Shown piece after piece: positions 38,510 through 50,048 of a DNA stretch of 64,000 bases. The notes below the pieces were generated by a model. It did not search any database and was not told the origin of the DNA. It saw only the letters and a list, made by a program, of their open reading frames with translations. The DNA lies in NCBI GenBank assembly GCA_964188305.1, contig OZ076897.1; one strand, given 5' to 3'. Positions within the stretch are counted from its first letter, which is position 1. Every line of letters begins with the position of its first letter. The position numbers and the translations under genes are program-made. The stretch comes from Podarcis bocagei. Its lineage: Eukaryota.

Positions 38510-39025
38510 GCCTGGCCTCTGCCACAGAGCAGACAGAACAAATGCAACCATGTTGTTTCTCCTGGACCTCTCAGCAACATTTGATACCATCATCTATAGT
38601 ACTCTTCTGGATAGCCTCTCTGGAATGAACTTGAAGATATGATGGACTGGGCCTTTTCTGGAGAGGCGGATCCAGCAGGTGCTGCTGAAAAGACTTCTGT
38701 TTCCCTGTGCTTTTAACATTTACATGGAGTCAGTGAGAGTGATTATCCAGAGGTTTGGGATGAGTGTAAATAGGTAAATATGAATACATGGTTATAGAGA
38801 AAAGCATACCACACAGCTTTACCTTGCATTCCCATTTACTACCTGGGAGGTGGTAGAAATCCTGAACAGGTGTTTGCAGGCAGTTCTGGAATGGCAAACA
38901 AGCTGAAACATAATCCAGCTAAGATGGTACATTGATCTGGATGGTGGTTTTTAACTGGCTATGAATGGAGTTGCACTCTTTCTGAAGAGTCAGGTCTGCA
39001 GTTCAGGGGTTTTCTTGAACCCACT
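38510..39025 (+). mobile_element. Degenerate L2 reverse-transcriptase fragment
   Basis: LLDLSATFDTI motif at ~38558-38590. Confidence 0.6.
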
Positions 39026-39427
39026 TTAGGTGTTCATAATGGGGCTTAAATAACCACACACAGTAGGGAGAGCATGAATAAGCACAATAACTCTGTCCCC
39101 CATCTCCATTGCCCTCCACATGTTCAAGGGTAACTATCTTTAGCAGTGAAGCCTCCTTTACTTGTGGAGACTCCTACTCATTTTGGGACCCTGATTTTCT
39201 AGTTGCCCATGAGCTGGGGGCAGGGGGAGTGGAGCTACATTAATGTAATATAGTATAATACATACCAAATTAACAGATTTAAAGTCAATCAAATTTATTG
39301 TGGCATAAGGTTTCATGGACTAGAGTTCACTTTATCACAGGCATGAAGTGTTAGCCTCCATTGATAGTAGGTAAAGGTGAATACATGGGTATAGAGAAAA
39401 GCATATTAATCTATATTTCCTCTTGGC

Positions 39428-39626
39428 TAGCAGGGCTTGTATGTTGGGTGACGGCTCCAGCTAACATACCATCCCTGCTAAGCCACAGGAAATCTACCCT
39501 TCAGGTGGGTCAGTTGTTCTGTTTCCCTTCAGCTAGCAGGGATGGTATGTTAGGTAGAGCCATAACCCAACATACTAGCCCTGCTAAGCTGAAAGAAATC
39601 TACCCTTCAGGTGCGCCAGTCGTTCT
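39428..39626. repeat. ~106-bp tandem duplication containing a 53-bp hairpin inverted between copies
   Basis: 39428-39480 vs reverse complement of 39534-39586: 48/53 identical. Confidence 0.75.
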
Positions 39627-39873
39627 TTTCTTTGCAGCTCAAATGTAGACAATATAAGGGAAAAGAGTGAATTTATATATCACAGAAATGAATATCAGTT
39701 AACTAATTTAAAAAAAAGAAAGAAAGTTTGTAAAATGTTGTGCCCAGTATTTTCTTAAATATTTTTTCATTGCTTATATGTATTAAGGTTTGTTTTTTCG
39801 CAGAAGTCTCCAGCTTAAGAAACAGAAAATGTACTTTTATGGGACATCACTTAATAACATGCTTACATTGTAG

Positions 39874-41547
39874 ATACGAAAGCAACAGAAAGAGCATGCA
39901 GAACTCATTGAAGAATATCGGATTAAACAGCAACAATGTGGAATGGGACCCCATGCAATGATGCCAGGTATGCCTGCTCAGCCTGCAATGGTCACAGGAG
40001 GATCTCCACCAGCAGTGGGTCAGCAGAGTTTCCCAATGGTATCTCAACAGCTTCAGCATCAACAGCATGCTATAGTTGTTCCTGGACAACCCAACCCACC
40101 CAGAATGCCAAGTTTGCCTGGATGGCAACCGCCCAGTGCTGCTTCAGCACACATCCCACACAATGTACCAAGGATGCAGCCGCCAATGGCACAGTTGCCG
40201 GTGAATCCTGTTACTCCCACTTCTGTGTCAGCTCCTAGCTCAAATGTGCAGTCAGGGCCACCACCACGTGTAGAGTTCGATGACAACAACCCATTTAGTG
40301 AAAGCTTTCAAGAGCGTGAGCGAAAGGAGCGTTTGCGAGAGCAGCAGGAAAGGCAACGAATTCAGCTTATGCAGGAGGTGGATCGGCAGAGAGCTCTGCA
40401 GCAGAAAATGGAAATGGAACAGCACAGTACAATGGGCTCAGAATTAAATGCCAGAACTTCTTTGCCTCAAATACCGTTCTTCAATTCAGACCTACCTTGT
40501 GATTTCATGCGGCCTCCACGGCCTCCCCAGCAATCTCAACAGCAGCAGATGGGACCCATTATGCAGCAAGGACCTCTAAACTCCCCACCTCCTTCCAGCT
40601 TTCCGCAGTGTAGTGAGCGGCAGCCAGTGGGATCTTCCTCCTTTGTTCCCGATCCTCCCCCACTTCCAGACGGAAGTCCCCCTTTCCATTCTGTGAAGCA
40701 GCCACGTGGAAGCTTTTCACAGTACCAGGTTCGGCCTCAGTTTGCCACTGGTCTGCCTGGAGTTTCTCCTGGAACTGGCAGTGGTCCCCCCTGTGGTCAG
40801 GACGCCATGCCCCATGGAACAAACTTTCCTGGAACAAGTCAGTCTCTCATCCAGTTGTATTCTGATATCATTCCAGAGGAGAAGGGCAAAAAGAAAAGAA
40901 CCCGAAAGAAGAAGAAAGAGGACGATGCTGAGTCAGTAAATACCCCATCAACCCCACATTCAGATATAACTGCACCCCCAACTCCAGTTGTTTCAGACGC
41001 TGTCTCCACCCCAACAGTTAGCACGCCTGGTGAACTTTCACGGCATCCAGGAGAATCGGAGGCAGAGGAGCTGCCAGGCTCATCACCTCCAAATGCTGCA
41101 GAGAGTCAGTCTTCCTTAGAATTGAAAAGTCAGCTCTCCGGTACTGATTTGCCACAAAACATATTGCCTGAGCAGCCAGGCATGAACCAGGAGACAGACA
41201 AGGACAAGACAGAGGCTTCTATGAGCATTCAGGAAATTAATCAGGAAAAGACAAGCGCTGATCAATGCCCTAGTGAGGCTGAGCCTAAGATGGAGAATGA
41301 AAATGGCATTAAAGTGGAAGAGGAGAAAGCTACGGTGCAGCCTTCCCCTTCTTTGCAGAATCAGGCACAACCTGACAGCATTCCAGCAGCAAAAGGGGAA
41401 TCAGGGAACGAACTCCTCAAACACTTGCTTAAGAACAAAAAATCTGCCTCTCTTTTCAAGCAGAAAGCAGAAAGCAGCTTACAGTCAGAAGAGAGCACTA
41501 AGGAGAGCAAATTCGTGGGGAAACGGGATCCGATGGAAGGCAGCATG
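39874..41547 (+). CDS. KMT2C: KMT2C large exon (~ex43): IRKQQKEH...ELLKHLLKNK...EGSM
   Basis: gtag|ATA...ATG|gtaacc; 1674 nt; ORF 39943..41568. Confidence 0.95.
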
Positions 41548-42727
41548 GTAACCAATTTTTATTATTAACATCCAAACTTAGAGGGTATTGGAAATGATGC
41601 AGCATTGTGTATTTATTGTAAATTTATTGTAAATTTAAAATAGCCCAGCCGCTAAGGATATGCCCTTAAAAAAACAAAGGCAGTACTGGTTGAACATGTT
41701 CCTCCTTCATAATGTTCTGTATATGGGCTTTCACCCCCTCTAGAGGTCATCAAGTAAAGCAGGAAATGGAGAAGCATGATTCAAAGGCAAACTCCACAGC
41801 CTTTGAATATATAGTTGCAGCATCCCAGCCTTTACGAGTGACAAATATACAGAGCTACTCCCAAGCAACTGTTTTAGTGAATATCCAGTTTAGATGTGAG
41901 GAGAAGCTTAAGATAATATGGAAAATAATAAACCTCAGTTTTCCTTTGATGTGCTGGATTATGGTCCCTGAACAGATACTATCATAAAGCAGTCATTTGT
42001 TTATATTAGATAAGGAATGGCAAAAGTTCTTGTATTTTTGATTTTAAGGTTTTTTTTAGCACTTGAGTCACACACTTACTCAAAATAAGTTAGTTTGAGC
42101 ACAGTAATAAACTAGTGATATTCATTGATGAAGATATTCTGCATCTTAGAAAGAATAACTATAGTCATGCTGAACACTGAATAATATATTTTGACAGCCA
42201 ATTTAGTAATTCATAGCTAGCATATCTTCCAGGGAGTCACTCTTGTACATTCATAAACTCTTGCGCCTCCCAGAGAGAAACCTGCTGTTGTGAAGTGATA
42301 ATTGCACAATATTCTTGAAAACTGGATAAAACCAGTGCTTGGAAGGTTTTGCTGCCATTAGCACTCTGTTTGTATGTAAATAAATTATACTGATAATTTT
42401 AAAATGGCTTTTGTATTTGAACTTAAAAGCTATAATTTTTAATGACAGTGATTCTTGGTTTGACATTATTGGAATCTAAGATCAGAGATCTTATTTGTGT
42501 CTGTGAAATATTACTGTAGAATGCTGGGGTTCTGATTTCATTAGGTGTCTATGCTTTGTCATTGTTGCAGCCTGTCAAGAGCCTCTGGACATTGTTAAGC
42601 AAAACAACATGTTAACAAAAATACTAGGGCAGGAAGGAATCACCTAGAAAGGGTGGCATTTCTCTAGCATGGGTGCAATTATATACTTCTAAACTTCACC
42701 CTCTGTTTCTCTTCACCCTCCTAAAAG

Positions 42728-42940
42728 CAATCATTAGGGAATCCATTGCAGGGTACATTTGGATGTGGTAACAGCCAGCTTCAGAGAGCAGATTTAGGAC
42801 ATGAAATGAAAAAACAACGAAATAAACGAACTCAGAGGGCGGGTGAGAAGGCAGCACCTCGATCTAAGAAGAGAAAAAAAGAGGAAGAGGAAAAGCATGC
42901 TATTTATCCTAACACCGAAACATTTATGCAGTTAAAACAG
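42728..42940 (+). CDS. KMT2C: KMT2C exon (~ex44): QSLGNPLQG...MQLKQ
   Basis: aaaag|CAA...CAG|gtgagc; 213 nt. Confidence 0.92.
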
Positions 42941-43598
42941 GTGAGCACTGAAGGGGTAAAGAGCTTAAAGACTGAAGATATATTATGTCACTGACTATAC
43001 TGAGCACCGTAATGTTTAGGGTTCTTTTTAGTATGCTTGTTTATTCACAGTAGTTGATAACCTAGAAATACACGTATTTACATTTTTAAGTACACTTAAT
43101 ATTTGCCTACAATGCACATCTACATTTATTGTGATGCATGATGGTGCTGACATATTTGACTTGTTGCCCCCTGCAACATAATGTCAGTGTTTTAGGGATT
43201 GCTTATGCATAGGGTCTCCATGTATACTTTCATGTCATATTTCAGAATGATGACTAGAAGCCCCAGAAGCATAAAAGACACTGAGGGAATGTGACAGCAT
43301 ATGTTTTTATTGTCTCTAAATGAGTGAGTCAGCACAGTTTTGATGCCACCATGCCCACTTAGATGTCTCTTCCAATGGTCCAGTTTTGTAATTCTCTCAA
43401 AAGGAACCCCCCAAGGGGGCTTCATGTATCAAAAACCAGGCAGCTCATGTTAGTTGATTTCAGATAACTCATCCAGCTGAGCAAAGTTAGGGTGAATTTT
43501 CACAGTTGTTGGGAATGTTGATGAAAGAATACAGCCAGGATCATGGAGAAGAAAGCAAGGAGACTGAGAAATGGCAAAGTGAAAGACATAGGGCTAAT

Positions 43599-43767
43599 CA
43601 GTGGCGTAGCGTGGGTTGTCAGCACCCGGGGCAAGGCAAGTAATTTGCGCCCCCTAACCCGTGGATTTGTGCCCCCTAACCCGTGGATTTGCGCCCCCTA
43701 ACCCTAACCCCCAGATGTTGCGCCCGGTGTGGCCGGCCCCCCCTGCACCCCCCACGCTACACCACTG
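43599..43767. mobile_element. hAT MITE containing TTAGGG, copy 2 (opposite orientation)
   Basis: same TIR; perfect 8-bp TSD GGGCTAAT (43591-43598, 43768-43775). Confidence 0.92.
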
Positions 43768-44111
43768 GGGCTAATGCATAAAAGACGAAGAAAGTGTCTG
43801 ATGGAAGGTAGGTAAAAATAGTAAGGCTTGGAGGTGAGACAGAAGAGGCAGAACTATTGCAACTTTCCAAATCATCATGAAAACATCTCTTTTTTTAATT
43901 TTACACAATAAGCTTTTAAAACAATGTGTGTGTTGTTCATTTATCATTAATAGAAGGTTGGAAAACAGTTGCTGTGCTCCACGGTTGGAGAGCCACTGTC
44001 CTGATGGTGTTAGTTTATTTTATTTGAGAGCAAAATCTGCGAGTAAAAATGTGTTGGTAAAGCCTGCTTACCTCACAGGTAGAGTGCATGAAAGGATGTA
44101 ATTCCATACCT

Positions 44112-45040
44112 TAACCTGAGTCGGCAGTGTGATGCAGCAGCAAAAAAGCTAAAGGAATTCAGAAGTATAGTGTCTAGATCCAGGGAGGTAGTAGCACCAA
44201 TCTATTCTGCCTTGGTCAGCCCCCCAGTTCTGGGCACCAAAATTTAAGAAGGATATTGACAATCTGGAATGTGTGCAGAAGTGTGCAGGACAACCAAAAT
44301 TATCAAGGGTCTGGGAACCAAGCCTTATGATGAACAGTTGAAGGAGTTGGGTATGTTTAGCTTGGAGGAGACTAAAAGGAGATATGATAGTCATCTTAAA
44401 ATATCAGAAGGGCTGTCACAGGGAAGGTGGACCAAGCTTGTTTTCTTCTCCTTTGAAGAGTAGGAGACAAATCAGTGCTTGGACTACTGCAATGCGCTCT
44501 ACGTGGCGCTACCTTTGAAGGTGACTTGGAAACTGCAATTAATCCAGAATGTGGCAGCCATACTGGTGACTGGGAGTGGCCGCCGAGACCATATAACACT
44601 GTTCCTGAGACCATATAACACTGCATTGGCTCCCAGTACGTTTCCGAGCACAATTCAAAGTGTTGGTGCTGACCTTTAAAGCCGTAAATGGCCTCAGCCC
44701 AGTATACTTGAAAGAGCATCTCCACCCCCATCATTCAACCCGGACACTGAGGTCCAGCTCCGAGGGCCTTCTGGCGGCTCCCTCACTGCGAGAAGTGAGG
44801 TTACAAGGAACCAGGCAGAGGGCCTTTTCGGTAGTGGCGCCTGCCCTGTGAAACACCCTCCCATCAGATGTCAAGGCAATAAGCAGCTATCTTACTTTTA
44901 AAAGACATCTGAAGGCAGCCCTGCTTAGGGAAGTCTTTAATGTTTAATGCTGTACTGTGTTTTTAATATTCGGTTGGGAGGCGCCCAGAGTAGCTGGGGA
45001 AACTCAGCCAGATGGGCGGAGTATAAATAATAAATAATAA

Positions 45041-45094
<54 letters not shown>

Positions 45095-45320
45095 GTTTCA
45101 AATTACAAGAAAAGAGATTCTGACTAAGCATTAGGAAGAACTCTGTTCAACCATGGAACAGACACTACCTTGGAAGGTGGTGGACTCTCCTTCATTGGAG
45201 GTTTTTAAATAGAGGTTGGATGGCAGTCTATCAGGGATTCCTTTAGCTGTGATTCCTGTATTGCAGGAAGTTGGACTAGGTGACCTTTGAGTTCCTTCCA
45301 ATGCTACATTTCTGTGATCT
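44112..45320 (+). mobile_element. CR1 LINE 3' portion, split by an L2 insertion
   Basis: YDEQLKELGMFSLE motif 5' of the insertion; CR1 3' tail (GTTGGACTAGGTGACC...CCTTCCAA) 3' of it. Confidence 0.8.
44478..45094 (+). mobile_element. L2 LINE 3' end with (ATT)18 tail
   Basis: LDYCNALY..LPLK..KLQLIQN and RQRAFSVVAP motifs; ORFs 44479..44679 and 44660..44851. Confidence 0.85.
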
Positions 45321-45503
45321 GTCTGAAGTCCTTTATGTAAAGTGCTTGAAGGACTATCCTCAAGGCTAGTGTTCAATAAATGAGTTTTAAAAAACCTTGG
45401 GCTTCTAATGGTTACAGTCATCTTAGTGTAATTGAGTGGAAATTTACAGTTCATTGTTGCATATTGCTAGTGAAAAATAATTACTACTCATCTTTTCCTA
45501 CAG

Positions 45504-45668
45504 CAACTCTCTTTGCTGCCTCTAATGGAGCCGATAATTGGAGTGAGTTTTGCCCACTTTCTTCCTTATGGCAGTGGCCATCTGAATAGTGGAAATCGCC
45601 TTTTGGGAAGCTTTGGTAGTGCAACGCTTGACGGGGTATCAGATTACTATTCTCAGCTAATCTACAAG
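45504..45668 (+). CDS. KMT2C: KMT2C 165-nt (probably cassette) exon: QLSLLPLMEPIIG...SQLIYK
   Basis: tacag|CAA...AAG|gtgtat; phase 0/0. Confidence 0.9.
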
Positions 45669-46190
45669 GTGTATTTTTTTTCTACATAGATTCTCCAAAT
45701 GTTCTATACGAAACAAAACATTGGGATCCAGCAGTAGTTATACCATGGTGTTTCATGAGACATGCTGGATTTTAAAAGATTTCATTTTTCTTGTTCTCCC
45801 ATTGCCAACTTTATTATTGCTCTTCTTCGCTGGAAAGTGGTGAGGCATATTTAAAACAGAATTCTGCTTGTGCAACGGGACTTCCCCTCCCATACTGGCA
45901 GACACGGGGTGGGGGGGCGCAGTTCTGTTGCACAAGTGGAAGTCTAATGCCGTAGTGGAACCACAGCATTGGATGTGACCCATTACTCACACTGTAAATA
46001 TTTTTTATTCTATAACCATCTTTTCAAACTGATGCAATTGTGAAGCTTGTAATCCTAACCTTTAAAGTTATTTTTTAAACAAAATTCCCAGCGCAATGCA
46101 AACACAAAATAATTTGAAGTCATAAAGGACTGCTTAATTTGCAGACTGTCCTTCCTTTCTCGTATGTATCACTCCATTTATTAGAGGCAG

Positions 46191-46337
46191 AAAACTGCTT
46201 TATACTGAGTCAGACCATTGGTCCATCTAGCTCAGCATTGTATACACTGAGTGGCAAAGGCGCTCCTGGGTTTCAGACAGGGGACTTTCCCAGAGAGGAG
46301 ATGCCATAAATTGAAATGTAAAGCAGATGCTCTACCA
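46191..46337 (-). mobile_element. tRNA-derived Squam3-type SINE, head truncated
   Basis: reverse complement gives GTGGTAGAGCATCTGCTTT...TGAGCTAGATGGACCAATGGTCTGACTCAGTATAA, matching the squamate SINE consensus as I recall it. Confidence 0.75.
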
Positions 46338-46472
46338 CAGGCTTCCTCAAACTCGGCCCTCCAGATGTTTTCGGCCTATAACTCCCATGATCCCTAGCTA
46401 GCAGGACCAGTGGTCAGGATGATGGGAATTGTAGTCTCAAAACATCTGGAGGGCCGAGTTTGAGGAAGCCTT
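46338..46472. mobile_element. Palindromic hAT-type MITE
   Basis: ~32-bp perfect inverted ends AGGCTTCCTCAAACTCGGCCCTCCAGATGTTT. Confidence 0.8.
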
Positions 46473-47313
46473 TAGATAGGTGGTGACTGATGAGAGGATC
46501 TCCTTGGCTATGGTGCATCAGCTTAGCACAAACATATGAGCATGTGGGCTCCCATAGAGGGGATTGTGGTTGCCTTGCTCCCCACTGGTCCTTCTGTTGT
46601 TCTGCTGCCCTGCACTGAACTAAGGCCTGTGTCATCCAAACCCAGGATTGTGGTTAAGTTCTCCTGAACAAACCGTGAGCCATAAACCATGGAGCAAATC
46701 TTGCTTACTACTTGTAGTTAGTCTGGAGAGAGATAAACCACAAGCCCAGCTGCAGATGACAGGCTAAGGCCAATCCATGGCTTAGCTCACTGCAGTGCTG
46801 CAGCAGAATGAGGTTTTTTTTTTGTTCCTTCCCAGCCAATCTTCTTGTCCAGAACCCACACACATGTGTTTATGCTAAGCCGTGGTTCGGCTTAGTGTGA
46901 TGTGTGAACCAAGCCAGCCACCTCAGTTCAGGCATAACTCCAAACGTGACCTGCAAATTATGGTTTGCATTTGCCATGCAAAATCGAAGTTGATCAAAGC
47001 TTGCAGTCCTGGTTTGCAGGTCAAATGCTTCGATATAATAGTAAGCTATGGTTTACCACCAAACCCAGCAACTGACTTCTTATTCTGAGTATATTATCCT
47101 TCCAGATTCATTCTCATAGTACCAAACCAGGTTTTGTGTTGCATCTGAACCAAGCCAGTGTGACTGGCAGATAAATAGTTGCATTATGTATGTGCAGTTG
47201 TAAGATAAAAATTATGTGCATTCTGTTGGACCTTTTGTATGTAAGATACATAACTTATCATGTACCAGATAAGCTTGCTGAAAGCTAACTTTAAATTCTT
47301 TCCTCTTATGCAG

Positions 47314-47455
47314 CAGAATAACTTGAGTAACCCTCCCACTCCTCCGGCCTCCCTCCCTCCTACACCTCCACCTGTGACTTGCCAAAAAATGGTAAATGGA
47401 TTTGCAACCACTGAAGAACTTGCTACAAAGGCTGGAATGCTTGGAGGGCACGATG
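47314..47455 (+). CDS. KMT2C: KMT2C exon (~ex45): QNNLSNPPTPPASLPPTPPP...GGHD
   Basis: gcag|CAG (NAGNAG)...G|gtaagt; 142 nt. Confidence 0.93.
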
Positions 47456-48100
47456 GTAAGTTTTCACATGTATGCCAGAGTATGCATTTTCAGTTTTCAG
47501 ATTGTCTATAATGAAACATGGGGCTTACTTTTTTCAGATTTGAAATCCACGTTACAGCAGAATGTTTTGACTTTTTGTTATCATTTCTCACAAAATGTAT
47601 AGGAACAACTTTGATGAACATTTTGTGCATATTCTGTGCTTACATAATGTATATATGGCCAGTATAGATAGCTATATTGTTGGTCCTGGAATGCTGTACA
47701 TCTAAACATTTTTGAAGATTTTGGAAGTTGTTGCAGGATGCTTACACACCGTTTTTGTACAAGAAAGAACAGCTTTAAGTTGTAGGGCTTGTTTGGGTGC
47801 TAGCTAACCTGCATGTTGCCTCGCTGCCAGCATCTAGCCCCTCTGCCACTGATGTCGCTTACCCTGTTGCTTCCATCCTACCCAGCTCCTCATAAAGTGG
47901 GCAAGAGCTTCCCTCATCCTTTCATTTGTATGAGAATGCTGCAGATTTTCACAACTTCGGCTACTGACTGAAAGTCTAATTAAATGTAAAACAAAAGAAG
48001 TCTAAGTTGAAGTTAGGATCCATTTTTTTGACCCCCCCCCCTTTTTATAGGTCACTGAATATTTGGGTCATTTGTTTTGTCTGTTCTTGCTGCATTTCAG

Positions 48101-48248
48101 TTACCAAAGCTCTGGGACCGAAGCAGTTTCAGCTGCCTTTCAGACCACAGGATGATCTGTTAGCCAGAGCCATGGCTCAGGGTCCTAAAAGTGTGGATGT
48201 TCCTGCTTCTCTTCCAACCCCACCTCATAACAATCATGAAGAGCTGAG
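48101..48248 (+). CDS. KMT2C: KMT2C exon (~ex46): VTKALGPKQFQLP...HEELR
   Basis: ttcag|TT...AG|gtagat; 148 nt. Confidence 0.94.
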
Positions 48249-48390
48249 GTAGATATTTTCTCTAATTATTTTTATTTTTAGCTTTGTGTTGGTTATCTGT
48301 TATCTTAGGTGCTCAATGATGCTGCTAAACTCTAAATAACCATGTTACTGAGAAGTAAGTCCTATTGAATTCAGGTAAATTGGATCATAC

Positions 48391-48673
48391 ATGGCAGATG
48401 GTCATCCAACCTCTGCTTAAAAACTTCAAACGATGGAGAGGTCTCCACCTTCCAAGGGAGTCCATTCCACTGTCAAACAGCTCTTACCGTCAGAACATTC
48501 TTACTGAGGGTTAGTCGGAATATCCTTCCTTGTAACTTTTGGATCCATTGGATGGGTGCAGAAGAAAACAAGAAGCCTGCTCCACCCTCCATGTGACAGT
48601 CCTTGAAATATTTGAAGATGGCTATCATATCTCCTCTCAGTCTCCTCTTTACCAGGCTAAACATACCCATTTC
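48391..48673 (-). mobile_element. CR1 LINE fragment
   Basis: ORF 48473..48685(-) MGMFSLVKRRLRGDMIAIFKY. Confidence 0.8.
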
Positions 48674-48724
48674 CACTTTACACATCTATATGTGAAAAAC
48701 ATTTCCAATTATTTTCCCTCTCAG

Positions 48725-48903
48725 GGTTCAGGATCCTTGTGATGACAGAGACACTCCTGACAGCTTCGTTCCTTCCTCCTCTCCCGAGAGTGTAATGGGC
48801 ATGGAAATAAGTAGATACCCTGATCTGTCAGCAGTAAAGGAAGAGATGCCCGAACCTGTTCCATCCCCCATCATTCCAATTCTACCTGCCAGTACTGGAA
48901 AAG
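48725..48903 (+). CDS. KMT2C: KMT2C exon (~ex47): VQDPCDDRDTPDSFVPSSSPES...TGK
   Basis: ctcag|G...G|gtattg; 179 nt. Confidence 0.94.
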
Positions 48904-49010
48904 GTATTGCCAAAATATTTTCTAGATGTTTGTACTAATTTCCCCACTGGCATGTTCATGTGCCTCAGTTCCATGCATATTTAATTTTGTGTCTCTCCCT
49001 TTAATTGAAG

Positions 49011-49147
49011 GTTCAGAAGAAAAAAGGAATTATATCAAAACAGAGCCTGGTTCTGGCTTCTTTGGCTCTCAGCTTGGTCCTTCTCAAAATGGTCCAAAAT
49101 CTGGCCTTGTATCCATAGCAATTACTTTACATCCCACAGCTGCAGAG
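49011..49147 (+). CDS. KMT2C: KMT2C exon (~ex48): GSEEKRNYIKTEP...PTAAE
   Basis: tgaag|GT...GAG|gtaagg; 137 nt. Confidence 0.93.
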
Positions 49148-49572
49148 GTAAGGAAATTTCCAGTGAGCTACATGTATCTGTGACAATGTTGTGCCCCATG
49201 TCCTGCAGATGTCATGGCTATTTTATTTGTGTTGCAGTGCAACAGTTGTTGTGAACTCTGGTTATTAGTTTCAGTGCCGTTTCTTTAAATTGTAAATCTG
49301 CACTGAAATACTTCCCACAAACAGTTTTTCGAAGAAAAAGACACTTACTTAGATTGCGGAGGGCTGGGTTCACAAATTCCCTATTTCCTTGTTTTATCAC
49401 ATGCTCTTTGAAGCAGCTGCTTTCCTTGATTTAATAATAATAATAATAATAGCTTAGGTGCCTTCTTAAAAAAAAGAAAACAAGGGCATCTTACTAATGT
49501 AATCCTGGCCAATCAGGGATCACGTAGCTAGTGTGTTGATGTTGCATCATCAGGCAATCAGTCAATTTTACT

Positions 49573-49801
49573 AAAAATAAAAAAAATTCCTTCCAGTAGC
49601 ACCTTAAAGACCAACTAAGTTAGTTCTTGGTATGAGCTTTCGTGTGCATGCACACTTCTTCAGATACACATGTATCTGAAGAAGTGTGCATGCACACGAA
49701 AGCTCATACCAAGAACTAACTTAGTTGGTCTTTAAGGTGCTACTGGAAGGAATTTTTTTATTTTGACTATGGCAGACCAACACGGCTACCTATCTGTAAC
49801 T
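49573..49801. mobile_element. Penelope-like retroelement inverted pseudo-LTR insertion (palindrome plus tail)
   Basis: 89-bp arms 49580-49668 / 49671-49759; 13-bp TSD AGTCAATTTTACT (49560-49572, 49802-49814); hammerhead core. Confidence 0.8.
49672..49709 (+). ncRNA. Minimal type I hammerhead ribozyme motif (identical copy on the - strand at 49630-49667)
   Basis: GUAU-CUGAAGA-A-GUGUG(CAUG)CACAC-GAAA-GC-UC/AUAC; stem I GUAU:AUAC; palindromic AGCU at stem III. Confidence 0.7.
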
Positions 49802-50048
49802 AGTCAATTTTACTGTCATTAAGCTGAACAGAAGTGAGCCCAGGAAGCATTGCCCTCAGTCTGCCATTTGGAGTGTGTGCAAATGTGTGACCTGTTTTAC
49901 ATCCCTCCCGCCCCAAAACTGGGCGAGAGCATTCAGGGGAGGGGGGAGGTTGTTCTTCGAAGCATCCATTTCAGTGCAGTCCTCTTTTAAGTATGTGATG
50001 AAGAAAAAAGATGGTATGCACTTGTCCTTTTTCGTTTTCCCACTCTAG

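Noticed and set aside
46300-46337. tRNA-like sequence
   Set aside because: Truncated SINE head; no cloverleaf
46338-46472. Hairpin as a miRNA gene
   Set aside because: Explained by MITE terminal inverted repeats; no independent evidence
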